This document shows, piece after piece, positions 1-11,782 of a DNA stretch of 64,000 bases (positions are counted from its first letter, which is position 1; each line of letters opens with the position of its first letter). The notes beneath the pieces were generated by a model. That model did not search any database, was not told the origin of the DNA, and saw nothing but the letters and a program-made list of their open reading frames with translations. Location: assembly GCA_000165345.1 (NCBI GenBank), contig CM000434.1, forward strand, positions 1 to 64,000. Direction: 5' to 3'. The position numbers were made by a program, and so were the translations under genes.

Positions 1-846
1 TATCGGAATCGGGCTCGGTACCCCAAAACCGAAACCTAAACCTAAACCCGTAAACCTAAACCTAAAACCCTAAAAACCCCTAAACCTAAACCTAAGCCTA
101 AACCCTAAAACCTAAACCCTAAAACCCGAAACCTAAACCCTAAACCCCTAAACCCTAAACCTAACCTAAACCTAAACCTAAAACCCTAAACCCTAAACCT
201 AAAACCCTAAACCCCTAAACCTAAACCCTAAAACCCTAAACCTAAACCTAAACCCTAAAAACCTAAAACCCCCTAAACCCCTAAACCTAAACCTAAACGC
301 TAAACCCTAAACCCTAAACCTAAACCTAAACCTAAACGTAAAAACCTAAACGTAAACGTAAAAAGCGCTAGACCTAAAACCCGTAGAACCTAAAACCCCT
401 AAACCCCTAAACCTAAACCTAAACCTAAACCTAAACCTAAACCTAAACCCTAAACCTAAAAACCCTAAACCCTAAACCTAAACCTAAAACCTAAAACCTA
501 AAACCCTAAACCTAAACCTAAACCTAAAACCTAAAACCTAAACCTAAAACCTAAACCTAAACCTAAACCCTAAACCTAAACCTAAAACCTAAACCTAAAA
601 CCCTAAACCCCTAAAACCTAAACCCCTAAACCTAAACCTAAACCTAAAACCTAAACCCTAACCCTAAACCTAAACCTAAACCTAAAAAACCTAAAACCCT
701 AAAACCTAAACCCTAAAAACCTAAACCTAAACCTAAACCCTAAACCTAAACCCTAAACCCCTAAACCTAAACCTAAACCTAAAACCTAAACCTAAACCTA
801 AACCTAAAACCTAAACCCTAAACCTGAACCTAAACCTAAAACCCAA
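1..846. repeat. Telomeric repeat array with mixed CCTAAA and CCCTAAA units (G-strand TTTAGG/TTTAGGG), roughly 130 copies. The outermost 40 nt and the block at 295-400 contain degenerate variants (CGTAAA, CGCTAAA).
   Basis: Direct reading: the hexamer/heptamer repeats continuously from the first bases to 846. C-rich strand running 5'->3' from the end inward is the orientation expected at a left chromosome terminus. TTTAGG is the published Cryptosporidium telomere unit. Confidence 0.95.
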
Positions 847-850
847 TGCT

Positions 851-860
851 TTGGCGCGCA
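851..860. promoter_or_regulatory. TTGGCGCGCA, an E2F-like GC element immediately internal to the telomere array
   Basis: A GC-rich 10-mer in an otherwise AT-rich junction. Same family as the GGCGCC palindromes upstream of most genes in this window. Confidence 0.4.
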
Positions 861-1173
861 TAGGATGAAAATAGATCTAAAAAATTGGTTTTTAAAAAAA
901 CGGAAAAAAAACAAATGAAGCTATTTTTTATACTGGCTTTCTTTTTAACAATTTGCCTAAAAATATGGAAAATCAAAGGAAATAGATTACAAATACCATT
1001 CAAAAAAAAAGATTGACAAAAGGGCTAAAATGGAAAAAAATAAAAGATGGCAAAAAAAATGAAAATGAAGAAACTTACGAAGATCAAATTTATAATACAG
1101 GGCCACTTCTCCTAGTCTCTATCATTGCAAGAACAAATATTATTTATCCTTATGTGGGGAACGCTAGCAATAA

Positions 1174-1872
1174 AAAAAATGTAAAGAAATAAAAAATGGT
1201 GGCTTTTATGCATATACTACAGAACTGGTTTATGTTGCACAAGTTGAATGTAAAAAAGATGTTATTATTCATGGAGAAAATGGAGAACTCAGCTTTGATT
1301 TTGAAGATAAAGAAATTTTTGTTAATACAGATATAATTGTTACAAGAAAAACTATTAAACATCCAAGCCATGTTAAAGTAACATCATACAAAGTTGGAGA
1401 AGTTCCATTGCATTGCCCAAGTGTAAATAACTTAAATACTGTACTAATTGATCGGAGCTTTGATGTAAAAATTGATCAAAAATACACCAAACATTTGGAA
1501 CTGGTTTTTATTGGAATTGTTAAAAAAACAACCCTTGAAATAGAATTCCCGCTTGTAGATGTCGAAACTGGAAGTATAAAAAATTATCAATTTGATGAAT
1601 TTTCTTATATTATTTATGAAGGAAGCCAAATTTTTACTTCAATCCCAATTCTAGGTGGAAATATCTGTGATATTAAGGTTTCTAGTACAATTAAATGTAG
1701 TCCAGGAAGCCCAATCAACTTTATTTATGAATTAGAAAACGGAAACTTAGTGAACAATCAAGTTAAAGTACTGACAATTGATCTGTTTGGAAAACATGTT
1801 TATCAAGATCAAAATCTAAATAAACTATTAGAACGTGTAAAAAAAGCGCTTATTGATGATAATGATCAATAA
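1174..1872 (+). CDS. Subtelomeric hypothetical protein ORF of 232 codons, open from the stop at 1171-1173, with no in-frame ATG (the track start at 1408 is a TTG). Either a gene remnant or a gene whose 5' exon was not found.
   Basis: Frame-1 translation from 1174 reads KKCKEIKNGGFYAYTTELVYVAQVECKKDVIIHGENGELSFDFEDKEIF...LHCPSVNNL..., continuous with the track ORF and non-low-complexity. A candidate signal-peptide mini-exon (MKLFFILAFFLTICLK, ATG at 915) lies upstream in a different frame, but no clean GT donor was found. Confidence 0.35.
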   Translation, partial: KKCKEIKNGGFYAYTTELVYVAQVECKKDVIIHGENGELSFDFEDKEIFVNTDIIVTRKTIKHPSHVKVTSYKVGEVPLHCPSVNNLNTVLIDRSFDVKIDQKYTKHLELVFIGIVKKTTLEIEFPLVDVETGSIKNYQFDEFSYIIYEGSQIFTSIPILGGNICDIKVSSTIKCSPGSPINFIYELENGNLVNNQVKVLTIDLFGKHVYQDQNLNKLLERVKKALIDDNDQ

Positions 1873-4800
1873 ATAATTATTAGGCTGAATTATGAGAATA
1901 TCAACCAATTTTAAAATTATTTTGAATAGGCCGTGCAAAGCTCAACTATACTATTTGATTTAGATATTTCCCGAAAAAAAATACTTAGAAAAACTTAAAT
2001 AACTTAAATTTATTGGCTATACTAATCTTTGAAGAAATCAAATTAACATTTAATTGGCAATATTTTACTGGGCTAATTTTGAATTAAAATTAAATTAATC
2101 ATGATTAGTTACAAAACTGTATTTAAACATGTCTAATATTTAAGTAATATTAAAACAATAATAAAAATAATTTGGAAATAGAAGGTTTCAGAATTTATTC
2201 AATACTAAATTAAGTTTATACTTATTTAATTTGATTTTATATTTGATATTATTAATATAAAATCAAAGAAACTTTAATACCTACATGTACAAATTATTTT
2301 TGGAATTTGTTAATTTTCAACTCATCAAAGTCTAACATTTAATATTTCTAAGTTGTAAGCTTTAAAGAAATTATTATTCATTAGTTTCAAATTGTTTAAG
2401 AAATATTCGATTTTAGTTGTATAGTCAACAAAATAAATATTAGATTTTAATCTGTTTGAAACAAATATAAAACCAGGCTTTAACCATTTAGTCACTTAAT
2501 GATGAGTTTATTTTTTAGTAATAGGTTTTTAATATAAAAACATGCCTTGTAACTACAAAGAAAATTTTTAAAATAATTTACAATATAACAATTTACTATC
2601 GAACTTAGAAAAATACAATCACTTATAATTTCTTCTTGATATTTAATTTATTGCCTTCTTAATTCATTATTTATTATTAAATAGATCAAAATGTGATTTG
2701 CTTCATTTCATTTCTAATTTGTAAAAATCAGCTTTAGAATATCATGAAAAATATAAAATACAAGAAAAAACATTTTCTACTCTTAATTTTTGTTTTAATG
2801 GTCCAAATTACCATAATCTAAATTAAAGTGAAAAAATTTATATAGACAAAAAAATAAAAGTATTGAATAGCAAAATATTCAATCCAATAATTTTAATAAA
2901 TTCTTTTAAAAACATAACAACTAAATATTATTAAGAGAATTAGTTGAAACATAATATATATGTTGTTTTTGTTGAATAAACAAATTACAAATTATATCTT
3001 TAGAATTATAAATTAATTTATTTGAAATTATAATTTAATTTTGAAAAAAAAGTATATGAATTTATAATTTCTAAGTATGAACTTGTCTTACAATATTTCA
3101 ATGAAAATAAACGCATGAGACAAATTTAATACCAAACCAATCATCTTTAAATACTATTTACTATTGCTCAAAAAGTAATCAAAATTGTCTTTGAATAAAG
3201 TAACTCCATTTATAACAATTAAACAAGATCATTCAATGATGAAACAAATTATTGGAAATATAATCTTTAAATGAATTTACTCTATAAATTTATGCTTGAA
3301 ACTTTTTGTATAGAATATTTTTATAATAAATAAGAATTCATTTTGAAAAAAATAGAATTTTTTGTTTGAATAATAATTATTAATATTAATTCGAGTTAGT
3401 ATATTAGATCGCTTTAAATTATTAACTTTATTGTTTAACAAAAAATCTGAAAGTTTTAATTAAATTATTTTGTAGAACTTTAAATTCCCATGCAATATTG
3501 TACGGATTGTGGAATATATTCAATTATTTTTTCTTTTATCCAAATATTACAAAAAAAAAAAAGCTGATTTTTAGTCATTTTCTTAAATTTTACTTTTTAG
3601 AGAGAAATCTTAAATAAATAAAATGCATTTTGTAACTTATAGAAATAATTGTATTTATTATTCTACGAGGGTAAATAACTTTTAAAAAAAAATCATTTAA
3701 TAAATGTATGTTGTAGAAATACTGATTCCTGTAATTGTGAATTGAATTATATATTTACAAATAGTTTTTGAATTATTTGCTGAACTTCTAAAATGTATAA
3801 GTGAAAATTTTTTTTAAAGAATTCTCAAAATTACAAAATATTTAATAACTTTAAGATTTGATAACTATTATTAAAGAGTCAAATAGTATAGTATCAATTT
3901 AAGTACTTCATATAATAATTGCATGATATTGTTATATTTATATCAATTACAAGTTTTTTTTATTCGATACACCTAATTTTTTCTATTTATTAGAATTTTA
4001 GAGTACAAGACAACTTATAGTAAAATTATGCAGATATTTTACAAATAAACAATTGAAACCTAGATTATGTGAATAAAATTGATTAATTAGCAAAAAAAAG
4101 GTTATTCAAGAATAATTTAATTTTTCAAATTAATATTTAACTATTTTTTATATGAATTCTTAAGTTAGGTTTATATCTAGTTGAAATTGAAGTTGTTATT
4201 AATGATACATGAATTATTGATCTTAGATTTGTGCAATGTCTAAATAATGAATATTCACATTATCATGTGATAAACAAAGTTGATTAAAAAAGTTATTATC
4301 TAATTTACCATCTTTATTATTCACTTACTTAAAGAAAATCTTTGCTTTTGATTAATATATCTAAAGTAATAGACTAGACTCGTGCAAAGAAAAATCAATC
4401 AGCCTATTTATACAAAAAGAGTTTCTAGACTGATAAAAATTATTTTAAATTAAATAGAAGGAATATTTATTATGATTAGCTTATAAATAATACAATTGAA
4501 AGATGTTTAAGTAGATAAATCCTGACAAAAAAAAAGAATTCTTATTCAAAAAAAAAGTCAAAAATCTGTTTATTAGAAATACTATTATAAAGAAAAGAAT
4601 TGTTGAAAATTCTTAATACTTTTGAAAATCATTAACATGCATATGCTGATAATTAATTTAATGTTAAAATACATATATTTTAATATTAAATTAATATTGA
4701 TTTTTGTATCTCGCAAAAGTTCAGAATTAAAGTTTGTTCAATTGTGTAATTACTTTAATTCCGTAAAAAGTATGTACAATATACAATTATCTGTATTAAT

Positions 4801-5417
4801 AATTATCAGGTAAGAATTTCAAATTTTTTAAAAAATTTATAACTAAATTTGTAACAAAATAGTAGACCGGAATCATTTAGAAAATTCAAATAAGCACTCT
4901 AAATTAAACAAAGCTAAATAAATTCACTTGGGATTTACTCAATATCTAACAAAAAAGCAGTGCTAATTTTTTCAACGAACTTATTCAAAATATTGGTTTA
5001 ACTTTTATTCACTTTCTACAAAGGCATTTGCAGAATAGAATTTGCTTCGAGTTTGAGAATGAAATTAACATCTTTAAAGTCAGTCCAAACAAGATTCTGT
5101 TAAAAAACCCATTCTTGCAGCAAGAAATAAAGAATACTTAAAATTCAAGTCCAACTGAACATTCACAAACTCATTTCTTTATTTAACCGAACAACTTGTG
5201 AAAAAAATAGCAACCAGCTTTCAAATTTAACTGAATTTTTAAACGTATATTGTTTTAAATTATTGTGATAATTTAAAACAATTTTGATGAGCTTTCATGA
5301 GAAAATTTTTCAAAATTGATTCTCCTTCATTTTAACTTGATTAATATCCAGCTATCGAGAAATACAACACATACAGATAAAATTTAGAACTTGATCTTAC
5401 AGAGTTAAAGATCACTT

Positions 5418-6053
5418 TTAATCACAATATTTGCAATGTTGTCTTTTTCCAGCTCCTGGTTTTATAAAATGTTGGGCACTTGGGTTAGTAGGACAATTTG
5501 TAGAGAGACATCCCACAGGTTTAACAAGTGGACGACAATTAGGGTTATAACAAGGAGGTATTTTCCCATCTCCCGCAGAAGAACGATAACAACTTCGAGG
5601 CATACTAGTACTAAGCGGTTTAATACCACGAAAACCCGTTGAATTCCCACCAGTTTGTCCGGAAGATGAACCTGTAAATTGCGTACTAGAACTTGAGGAA
5701 GTCCCAATAGCTCTACTTAATAGCCGAGCAAGACCTAGTGAGGAGCCAATAGGAATAGGTCCTTTTTGCGGATTTTGAGGACCTTGTTTGAATGGAACAT
5801 GTTTCTGTTGTGGACCAGAAGGACCAGATACAGTATTACGTAATTGAATAGCTGTTTTAAGAATCCCTCGACCTCCAGTTCCAGCTAGGGGACGATAGAA
5901 ACCAGACTTCAATTTTATAAAGGAATACTTGGAGGCAAAATCTGGATTAATGGATGTATTTAAAAAATCATTAAAGAAAACCTGATCTGATAAAAGCAAT
6001 AAGAAATTGAATAGAACAGTGAAAAACGAAAACAACTTCAAATAATTAAACAT
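5418..6053 (-). CDS. Secreted Gly/Ser/Pro-rich protein (211 aa) with a Cys-rich C-terminal tail; hypothetical
   Basis: ATG verified at 6053. N-terminal signal peptide MFNYLKLFSFFTVLFNFLLLLS. Middle region is G/S/P/Q-rich (GSSSGQTGGNSTGFRG..., GPSGPQQ). C-terminus carries 8 Cys (PCYNPNCRPL...GCLSTNCPTNP...HCKYCD). The ORF is conspicuously GC-richer than its flanks. An E2F-like site lies 80 bp upstream. Confidence 0.6.
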   Translation of the reverse strand: MFNYLKLFSFFTVLFNFLLLLSDQVFFNDFLNTSINPDFASKYSFIKLKSGFYRPLAGTGGRGILKTAIQLRNTVSGPSGPQQKHVPFKQGPQNPQKGPIPIGSSLGLARLLSRAIGTSSSSSTQFTGSSSGQTGGNSTGFRGIKPLSTSMPRSCYRSSAGDGKIPPCYNPNCRPLVKPVGCLSTNCPTNPSAQHFIKPGAGKRQHCKYCD

Positions 6054-6128
6054 TCTTAATAATTGTAAACTTCTTTTATAAGTGGAAGAAAAGATATTGC
6101 CGGGGAGAAACAGTTAGAGGGGAAACGC

Positions 6129-6140
6129 TTTGGCGCCATA
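6129..6140. promoter_or_regulatory. TTTGGCGCCATA, E2F-like palindromic element
   Basis: About 80 bp upstream of the minus-strand gene starting at 6053. Confidence 0.5.
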
Positions 6141-8696
6141 TTACGTATCTTATCAAATTAAAGAGTGAAAAAATTTGATTGAAAACAGAACTCAATTTTT
6201 CTTAATATTTGCGTTCATCTTTCCTATGATATTGGAATTGCTTGCTTTGTGTTAATTTATGTCAAAACTTCATGAATGTTATATTTTTTTTCTAAAGAAA
6301 AAATGCTGTAATTAACTACCATTCGAATCATTTTTTTTTTAAATAAGTTTAAGTTGATGAAGAAAAATGATTTCACTAAGTGTTAAATGATTGTTACATG
6401 AAATGTTTGCTTATAATTTTTCTCATTACTTCAGAAACTAATAACCATATGTTTTTATCATAATGAGATGATATTTCTGTGAAAATTAATTTATTTTGAC
6501 TTAATTTATAATGGTTGATAAAATTTCTAATCACAAAATATTTGTACACTAACTTGCTATTTAGCCTATTATTTTTGTAACTTAATATTTCAAAATATTA
6601 TGTGGAAGAGATCGATCAACTTTGTTAATAATATATTGATAAATTGTAGCAAGTTCAATAATAAGTATTATAGCTGAAATAAGGAACGATATTCTGAGAA
6701 GATAATATTATTTATTAGATAATTATTAAATAGGTTGAAATTATTATGCTTAAATCTTGTTGTAATAATAAATTAAAGTGCTTTTTCTTATAATTATTAA
6801 AAAGGCTTGTTTAAATTACAAATTTTTTTTCGAAAAGCTAAGAATTTGTTTCCCAAAAATATCTAAATACAGAAAATATTAAATATTTTGAATTAAAAAA
6901 ATGGTTAATGATTTAAAATATAAATTATCTTTAAGGAGTCTATATTGAATAATAATGATTTAATTTATTAATATAAATTAAGATATTCATCAATTTGATC
7001 CGAAATCACAATTAAAAAAAAAGTGAAAATTTGGCAATATTTATTTTAATACAGGATTTTTTTTTCGAATTACAAAAATTACATTAAATATTTAGTACTT
7101 TTCTCATAAAGCAAATTAAATTATTTTTAATAGTTTATGTTTCTTTATCAAAATGATTAAATAGTAATTTAATTTGTTATTAAATAATCATTACATTTAC
7201 AAGTTTGAATTCATTTATTGTAATAAAGATTTATATCTATATTTTTACGTGTATAATAACTATTTTAAACATGTAAATTAGAATTAGTTAAATTTAAATG
7301 TAAAATATTAAACGAAAAAAAATATATCAAATTGATCCTTAATAAATCTAATAAATCGAGTTCAACAGATTTTGTTGAAAAAAGTGTGAGAACTATACTA
7401 TTTTCTTAACCTCTGTTTGCTGTGACATAATTCCTTTTTTTGAAATAAATTTTTTTAAAAAAAATATTATTCAACAAGAGATGAAACAAATTTTTCCATA
7501 TTGTTTTTGAATTAAATTACTTTTTGTGAATTTCAGTGAAGATTTTGTCTAATATGTTTGAGCATTTCAACAATGGGAAGTTTGTCAGTAAGACAACTTA
7601 TTCTTTTAATTAGATATTATTATTTGCAAATTTATGGATTGATACTAATCATCTAGCTACTTTAAGGCTTATAGTTAATATTTATATTATCTTTTGATTT
7701 ATTCAATTATTAAATCTTTCTTGACACTAATTTATTCTATTTATAAATATATTTATTGATATTGATGTAAATTTTTCATGAAAAAACAGAATAAAAGACA
7801 AATTCGTAAAGTATAAGATTACAAAATTTTCTATTCACTTATAGTTTTATTGAATTGTAAAATAAGTTATGAATAAATAGTTTGGAAGTTTTTTTACTCC
7901 TAAAGAAATGATGTTCAATTTTAATTATATATAATATTTAAAAGATAAATAGCTTCTTAATAGATTTTTTTAATGAGCTTAAAATTAAATGGTATTTTTA
8001 ATCATACATTATTCTCTAACATACTTCTAATAAATTCAATTGAACAATATATCCCAAAATAATTAATTAAATATATTTTTAATCCAAATAAAATTCATTA
8101 TTTATTTTGAAATAAATTTTTGAATTATATGAAGAAACAGTTATTAATTTACGAGCAAATATAATTAATTATTAATATTTGGATGGATATTTAATATATC
8201 AAATAATCATCTCTACCATACGTAAGATATGGCTTTCAAAGAAAAAAAAATATGTAAATAAATTTTCTTTGAAAATCAAGTATTTGTAATTCTAAGTTCA
8301 TCTTAAAATTGGATATTTAACTAAAATTGAAGAAAGTTGAATTTAAATTTTTTTTTTTTGCCTACATTATTAATTCAACATCAATAATAGATAAGATAAA
8401 TTCACTTAATATAATTATTTTTATCATAGGATATATTATTAATATTAAAATTGATCTTTTTTAATAAATATACTTTTTTTAGACAAAGGATAGTGATATT
8501 CAAACTGGTGACTATATTTGTTTAACAAACTTTAGTATTAATAAATCTTTATAAAAGAAATACAAATTTAATTTAGAGAAATATTAAAAATATTTAGCTC
8601 ATATGATTTAAATTTCAAAATGAAAAAACCAAAATAAATTTACAATTTAATATCACGGAAGGGGGGGAGAGAGAAAAAAAAAGTCATGAACAAAAT

Positions 8697-9899
8697 CTAT
8701 TTACTATAATTCATTACTTCTTTTACGATTTCAACATCATGAACATGACTTTCTCTTAATCCAGATGTTGTTATTTCAACATAGCTTGATTTCTTCCATA
8801 ATTCTTCAATTGAGGCAGAACCTAAATAGCCCATGCAGGATCTTAGTCCTCCAACAAGCTGATATACTACACCTTCCATTTCACCTTTATATTTAACTCT
8901 ACCTTCAATACCTTCTGGAACCATCTTGTTTTCAGGTCTTTTCTCTTGGAAATATCTATCCCCACTACCACTCTTCATTGCTCCAACACTTCCCATGCCT
9001 CTATAATACTTATAAACAGTATCGCCTATAAGTTCTTTTTCACCTGGACTTTCTTCAGTGCCAGCAAGGATTGAACCAATCATTACACTTGAAGCTCCAA
9101 CAGCTAATGCTTTTCCAATATCACCACTATATCTTATTCCTCCATCTGCAATGATCGGAATACCAAATTTACTGGCAACTGATGAACATTTCTCAATTGC
9201 AGTGATTTGAGGAACACCAACTCCTGCAACAATTCTTGTGGTACAAATACTTCCTGGACCAATTCCAACCTTTATCCCATCTGCACCATTCTCAATTAAT
9301 TCTTTTGTTGCTTCTTCTGTTACAACATTCCCAACAATTACATCAATATTCATTTTTGACTTAATTTCTTTCAAAGTTCTGATAATGTTAAGGGAATGGC
9401 CATGCGCTGAGTCTAATACAATCACATCTACTCCTGCTTCTACTAATAATTTTGCTCTTTCTATTTCATTTACACCTATTGCTGCTCCAACTCTTAATCT
9501 ACCTTTATTATCAAGATTTTCATTGCTATAAGCATCAATATTATTGTTAGACTTTGTATCTTTTCCATCTGTACTTTCTTTGTCTAAATTTTGATCTGGA
9601 GTACTTTCATTCTTTTCTAAATTAGATATCCAATTCTTGACTTTCAATACTTCATTCACCTGACTTTCCATATCCATATTTTTGTGAATAATTCCAATCC
9701 CTCCTAGTCTCGCCATTCCTACTGCCATTAAATGTTCTGTTACTGTATCCATTGCAGAGCTTATCAGAGGGATTTTTAGAGAAACATTTTTTGTTAATTT
9801 TGTTTCTAAGCTAACTTCTCTTGGTAGTACCTCTGAATAATTTGGAACCAACAAAATGTCTTCGAATGTTAAGCCTTTTCCTATGTTTTTTGTACCCAT
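8697..9899 (-). CDS. IMPDH: Inosine-5'-monophosphate dehydrogenase, bacterial-type, 400 aa, with the CBS subdomain largely absent
   Basis: ATG at 9899 verified. TIM-barrel IMPDH hallmarks are present: catalytic loop GIGPGSICTTRIVAGVGVPQ, IADGGIRYSGDIGKALAVGA, flap/C-terminal GGLRSCMGYLG. The short linker in place of a full CBS pair and the overall sequence are typical of the epsilon-proteobacterial-type enzyme used as a Cryptosporidium drug target (published locus cgd6_20, recalled from memory). Confidence 0.95.
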   Translation of the reverse strand: MGTKNIGKGLTFEDILLVPNYSEVLPREVSLETKLTKNVSLKIPLISSAMDTVTEHLMAVGMARLGGIGIIHKNMDMESQVNEVLKVKNWISNLEKNESTPDQNLDKESTDGKDTKSNNNIDAYSNENLDNKGRLRVGAAIGVNEIERAKLLVEAGVDVIVLDSAHGHSLNIIRTLKEIKSKMNIDVIVGNVVTEEATKELIENGADGIKVGIGPGSICTTRIVAGVGVPQITAIEKCSSVASKFGIPIIADGGIRYSGDIGKALAVGASSVMIGSILAGTEESPGEKELIGDTVYKYYRGMGSVGAMKSGSGDRYFQEKRPENKMVPEGIEGRVKYKGEMEGVVYQLVGGLRSCMGYLGSASIEELWKKSSYVEITTSGLRESHVHDVEIVKEVMNYSK

Positions 9900-9964
9900 G
9901 TTTGATTATTTTATCCTTAATTGAAATAGTCGATATCTAATTAATATTTATCATATAACAGGAA

Positions 9965-9972
9965 TTTGGCGC
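9965..9972. promoter_or_regulatory. TTTGGCGC, E2F-like half-palindrome about 70 bp upstream of IMPDH
   Basis: A GC island in an AT-rich 5' flank. Confidence 0.4.
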
Positions 9973-10160
9973 TTTTAACAAAGTGTCCAATTTGACATTT
10001 GTTTTATTTGGCTAACACTTTTATGTTAAAAAAAAAAATGTTAGGAATATAATTAGCTTTTAGTATATAACATTAAATATAGAATCACTTCACGTTGATT
10101 CTGTCTAAACTTTTTTACATGATCATTATTATAATTTTCACACTTGAATAAAATAATATG

Positions 10161-10170
10161 TTGGCGCCAA
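10161..10170. promoter_or_regulatory. TTGGCGCCAA, perfect 10-bp palindrome (E2F-like) about 260 bp upstream of IMPDH
   Basis: Direct reading. The identical palindrome recurs at 24211, 47491 and 57287. Confidence 0.55.
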
Positions 10171-10960
10171 TCCACTAAGCATTCAAATTATTTTTTTTTT
10201 TATAATGAAGATTATTTAACTCATTTAATTCTAGGTTGGTTAAACTAAATATTACTAGTATAATCAACTTTTAGGCTGTCTTGATTGATGTATTTCTGTT
10301 CATGATTATTAAAATTTTAGTAAAATCAACAAGAATTTTTTTTTTTTTTACAAGCAGTTAATAAAACCATTCAACTACCTTTCAGTCAATGATTAAAAAT
10401 TATTATTGAAAGACACTGCTTCACATTATATTTAATTTAAATAAAAATGCGATTCTTATTCATTTGATTAAATTACCGAAACAATGATTAATAAATTCTT
10501 TCAAATTATTTGATTTTTTCCTTCATTAATACAAGGGATAATATTTAAAAAAAACTAACAAAAATGATAAACTCATTATTTTTATTATTATTTTAAATGT
10601 ATTTAAATATCTTGATTTCAATAAATATGTTCAGTTCAATTTTTATAAAGTTTAAAAAAACGGGTTGAGTTTTGACTTATTCATTCAAATAATATGAAAT
10701 AAAGTTAATAATCAAGTCAAAATTTTGTAAAAAATAAGTCAATCAAATTTGTGATAAAGTAGAATATTTGTACAACCAAGCTTAAATAATAATTGAAATA
10801 CATATTCATTCATATTATTTCAACGATATTTAAAAAAAAAAATTAAAAATAATTACATTAACTACCCAGTTTAGAAATAAATATATTTATAATAAAGAGT
10901 AATATAATGCGGAGACTTATTATTCAAAGCAGAGATTTTGTATATTTGAATGAATAATAA

Positions 10961-11782
10961 TTAAATTATATCCTTCAACCTTTCAAACCTTGACATTCTT
11001 TTAAAGTATTCTTCTGAAATTAAAACAAGTTCTTGTTCTAAAATCCAGTTTTCCAATCTTAAGCGATAACAGTCAACTTCACCTTCTTCCTTATTTTCCA
11101 ATTTTGAAATACAGTGTAATTCATAAGAAATTGTTTTGCTTATGAGTAATTGCTCAAATTCTGACATAACTCTTCTCAAGAATGATTTTTCAACTAAAAC
11201 AAATTCTGATTCTACCAAAGCTTTACCAGCTCTTCCCACAAATCCAGTATGATTGTAAAACCTATATTGAGTTGAAACAATATTTGATTCAATTGTAAAA
11301 CATTTATTCTTTTTAAGATTCTTCTTTTCTTTCAATATTTCTGCTTTATTCTCCAATAAATCAACTAAATAAAGAATATCACCGCATTTTGTTCCATCAT
11401 GGTACTCGTTTCCATTTTCACATCTTAATCTGTAATAAACAGATAAGAAATATGAGTATTCTTTAACAAGACCAATAATTATTGAGTATTGTGGTAATTT
11501 CTGGTAACAATCTAATGCATAACTAGTATTTGAATATTTGAACAAATGGCTATTTCTTGATTCTTCTGAAGGGTTCATATCCAATATTAGTATATTTGTA
11601 AATAGAGTCGGGACTCTTTCTGTAATATTATACTTTGAATAATATTCTTTTGTTTCATTTTTTTCTTGTATGCCTTCTTTTAACGACAATAATGAAAAGT
11701 TAGAGATGCTTTCGGAATTTCTAAATCCAGTCTTTGTTAAAAAATATGTTGCAAAAAGAAATAAAATTTCAAAAATTTTCAT
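10961..11782 (-). CDS. Hypothetical secreted protein, about 273 aa
   Basis: The track start at 11800 is a TTG. The first ATG at 11782 gives MKIFEILFLFATYFLTKTGF, a clean signal peptide. The remainder has mixed composition with several Cys and no recognisable domain. Confidence 0.55.
   Translation of the reverse strand: MKIFEILFLFATYFLTKTGFRNSESISNFSLLSLKEGIQEKNETKEYYSKYNITERVPTLFTNILILDMNPSEESRNSHLFKYSNTSYALDCYQKLPQYSIIIGLVKEYSYFLSVYYRLRCENGNEYHDGTKCGDILYLVDLLENKAEILKEKKNLKKNKCFTIESNIVSTQYRFYNHTGFVGRAGKALVESEFVLVEKSFLRRVMSEFEQLLISKTISYELHCISKLENKEEGEVDCYRLRLENWILEQELVLISEEYFKRMSRFERLKDII

Noticed and set aside
1-846. Considered whether the regular 6-7-bp repeat array could be a CRISPR array or a satellite/mobile element
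   Set aside because: The unit is 6-7 bp with no spacers, the sequence is the canonical Cryptosporidium telomere motif, it sits at the sequence end in the C-strand orientation, and the host is eukaryotic.
1150-1371. 73-aa minus-strand ORF near the telomere
   Set aside because: It is Phe/Ile/Asn-rich low-complexity, overlaps the upstream extension of the plus-strand 1174-1872 reading frame, and has no promoter motif. Likely spurious.
4622-4813. 63-aa ORF in the long AT-rich spacer
   Set aside because: Its composition (I/L/N/K) is that expected from random AT-rich DNA. It is short and has no flanking GGCGCC element.
1873-5417. Possible centromere (long, very AT-rich, gene-free)
   Set aside because: It lies only 2-5 kb from the telomere. 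AT content is high but not extreme relative to other spacers, and no tandem repeat structure is visible. Kept only as a low-interest note.
9238-9531. 97-aa plus-strand ORF inside IMPDH
   Set aside because: It is antisense to a strongly conserved enzyme ORF and hydrophobic/low-complexity, typical of a shadow ORF.
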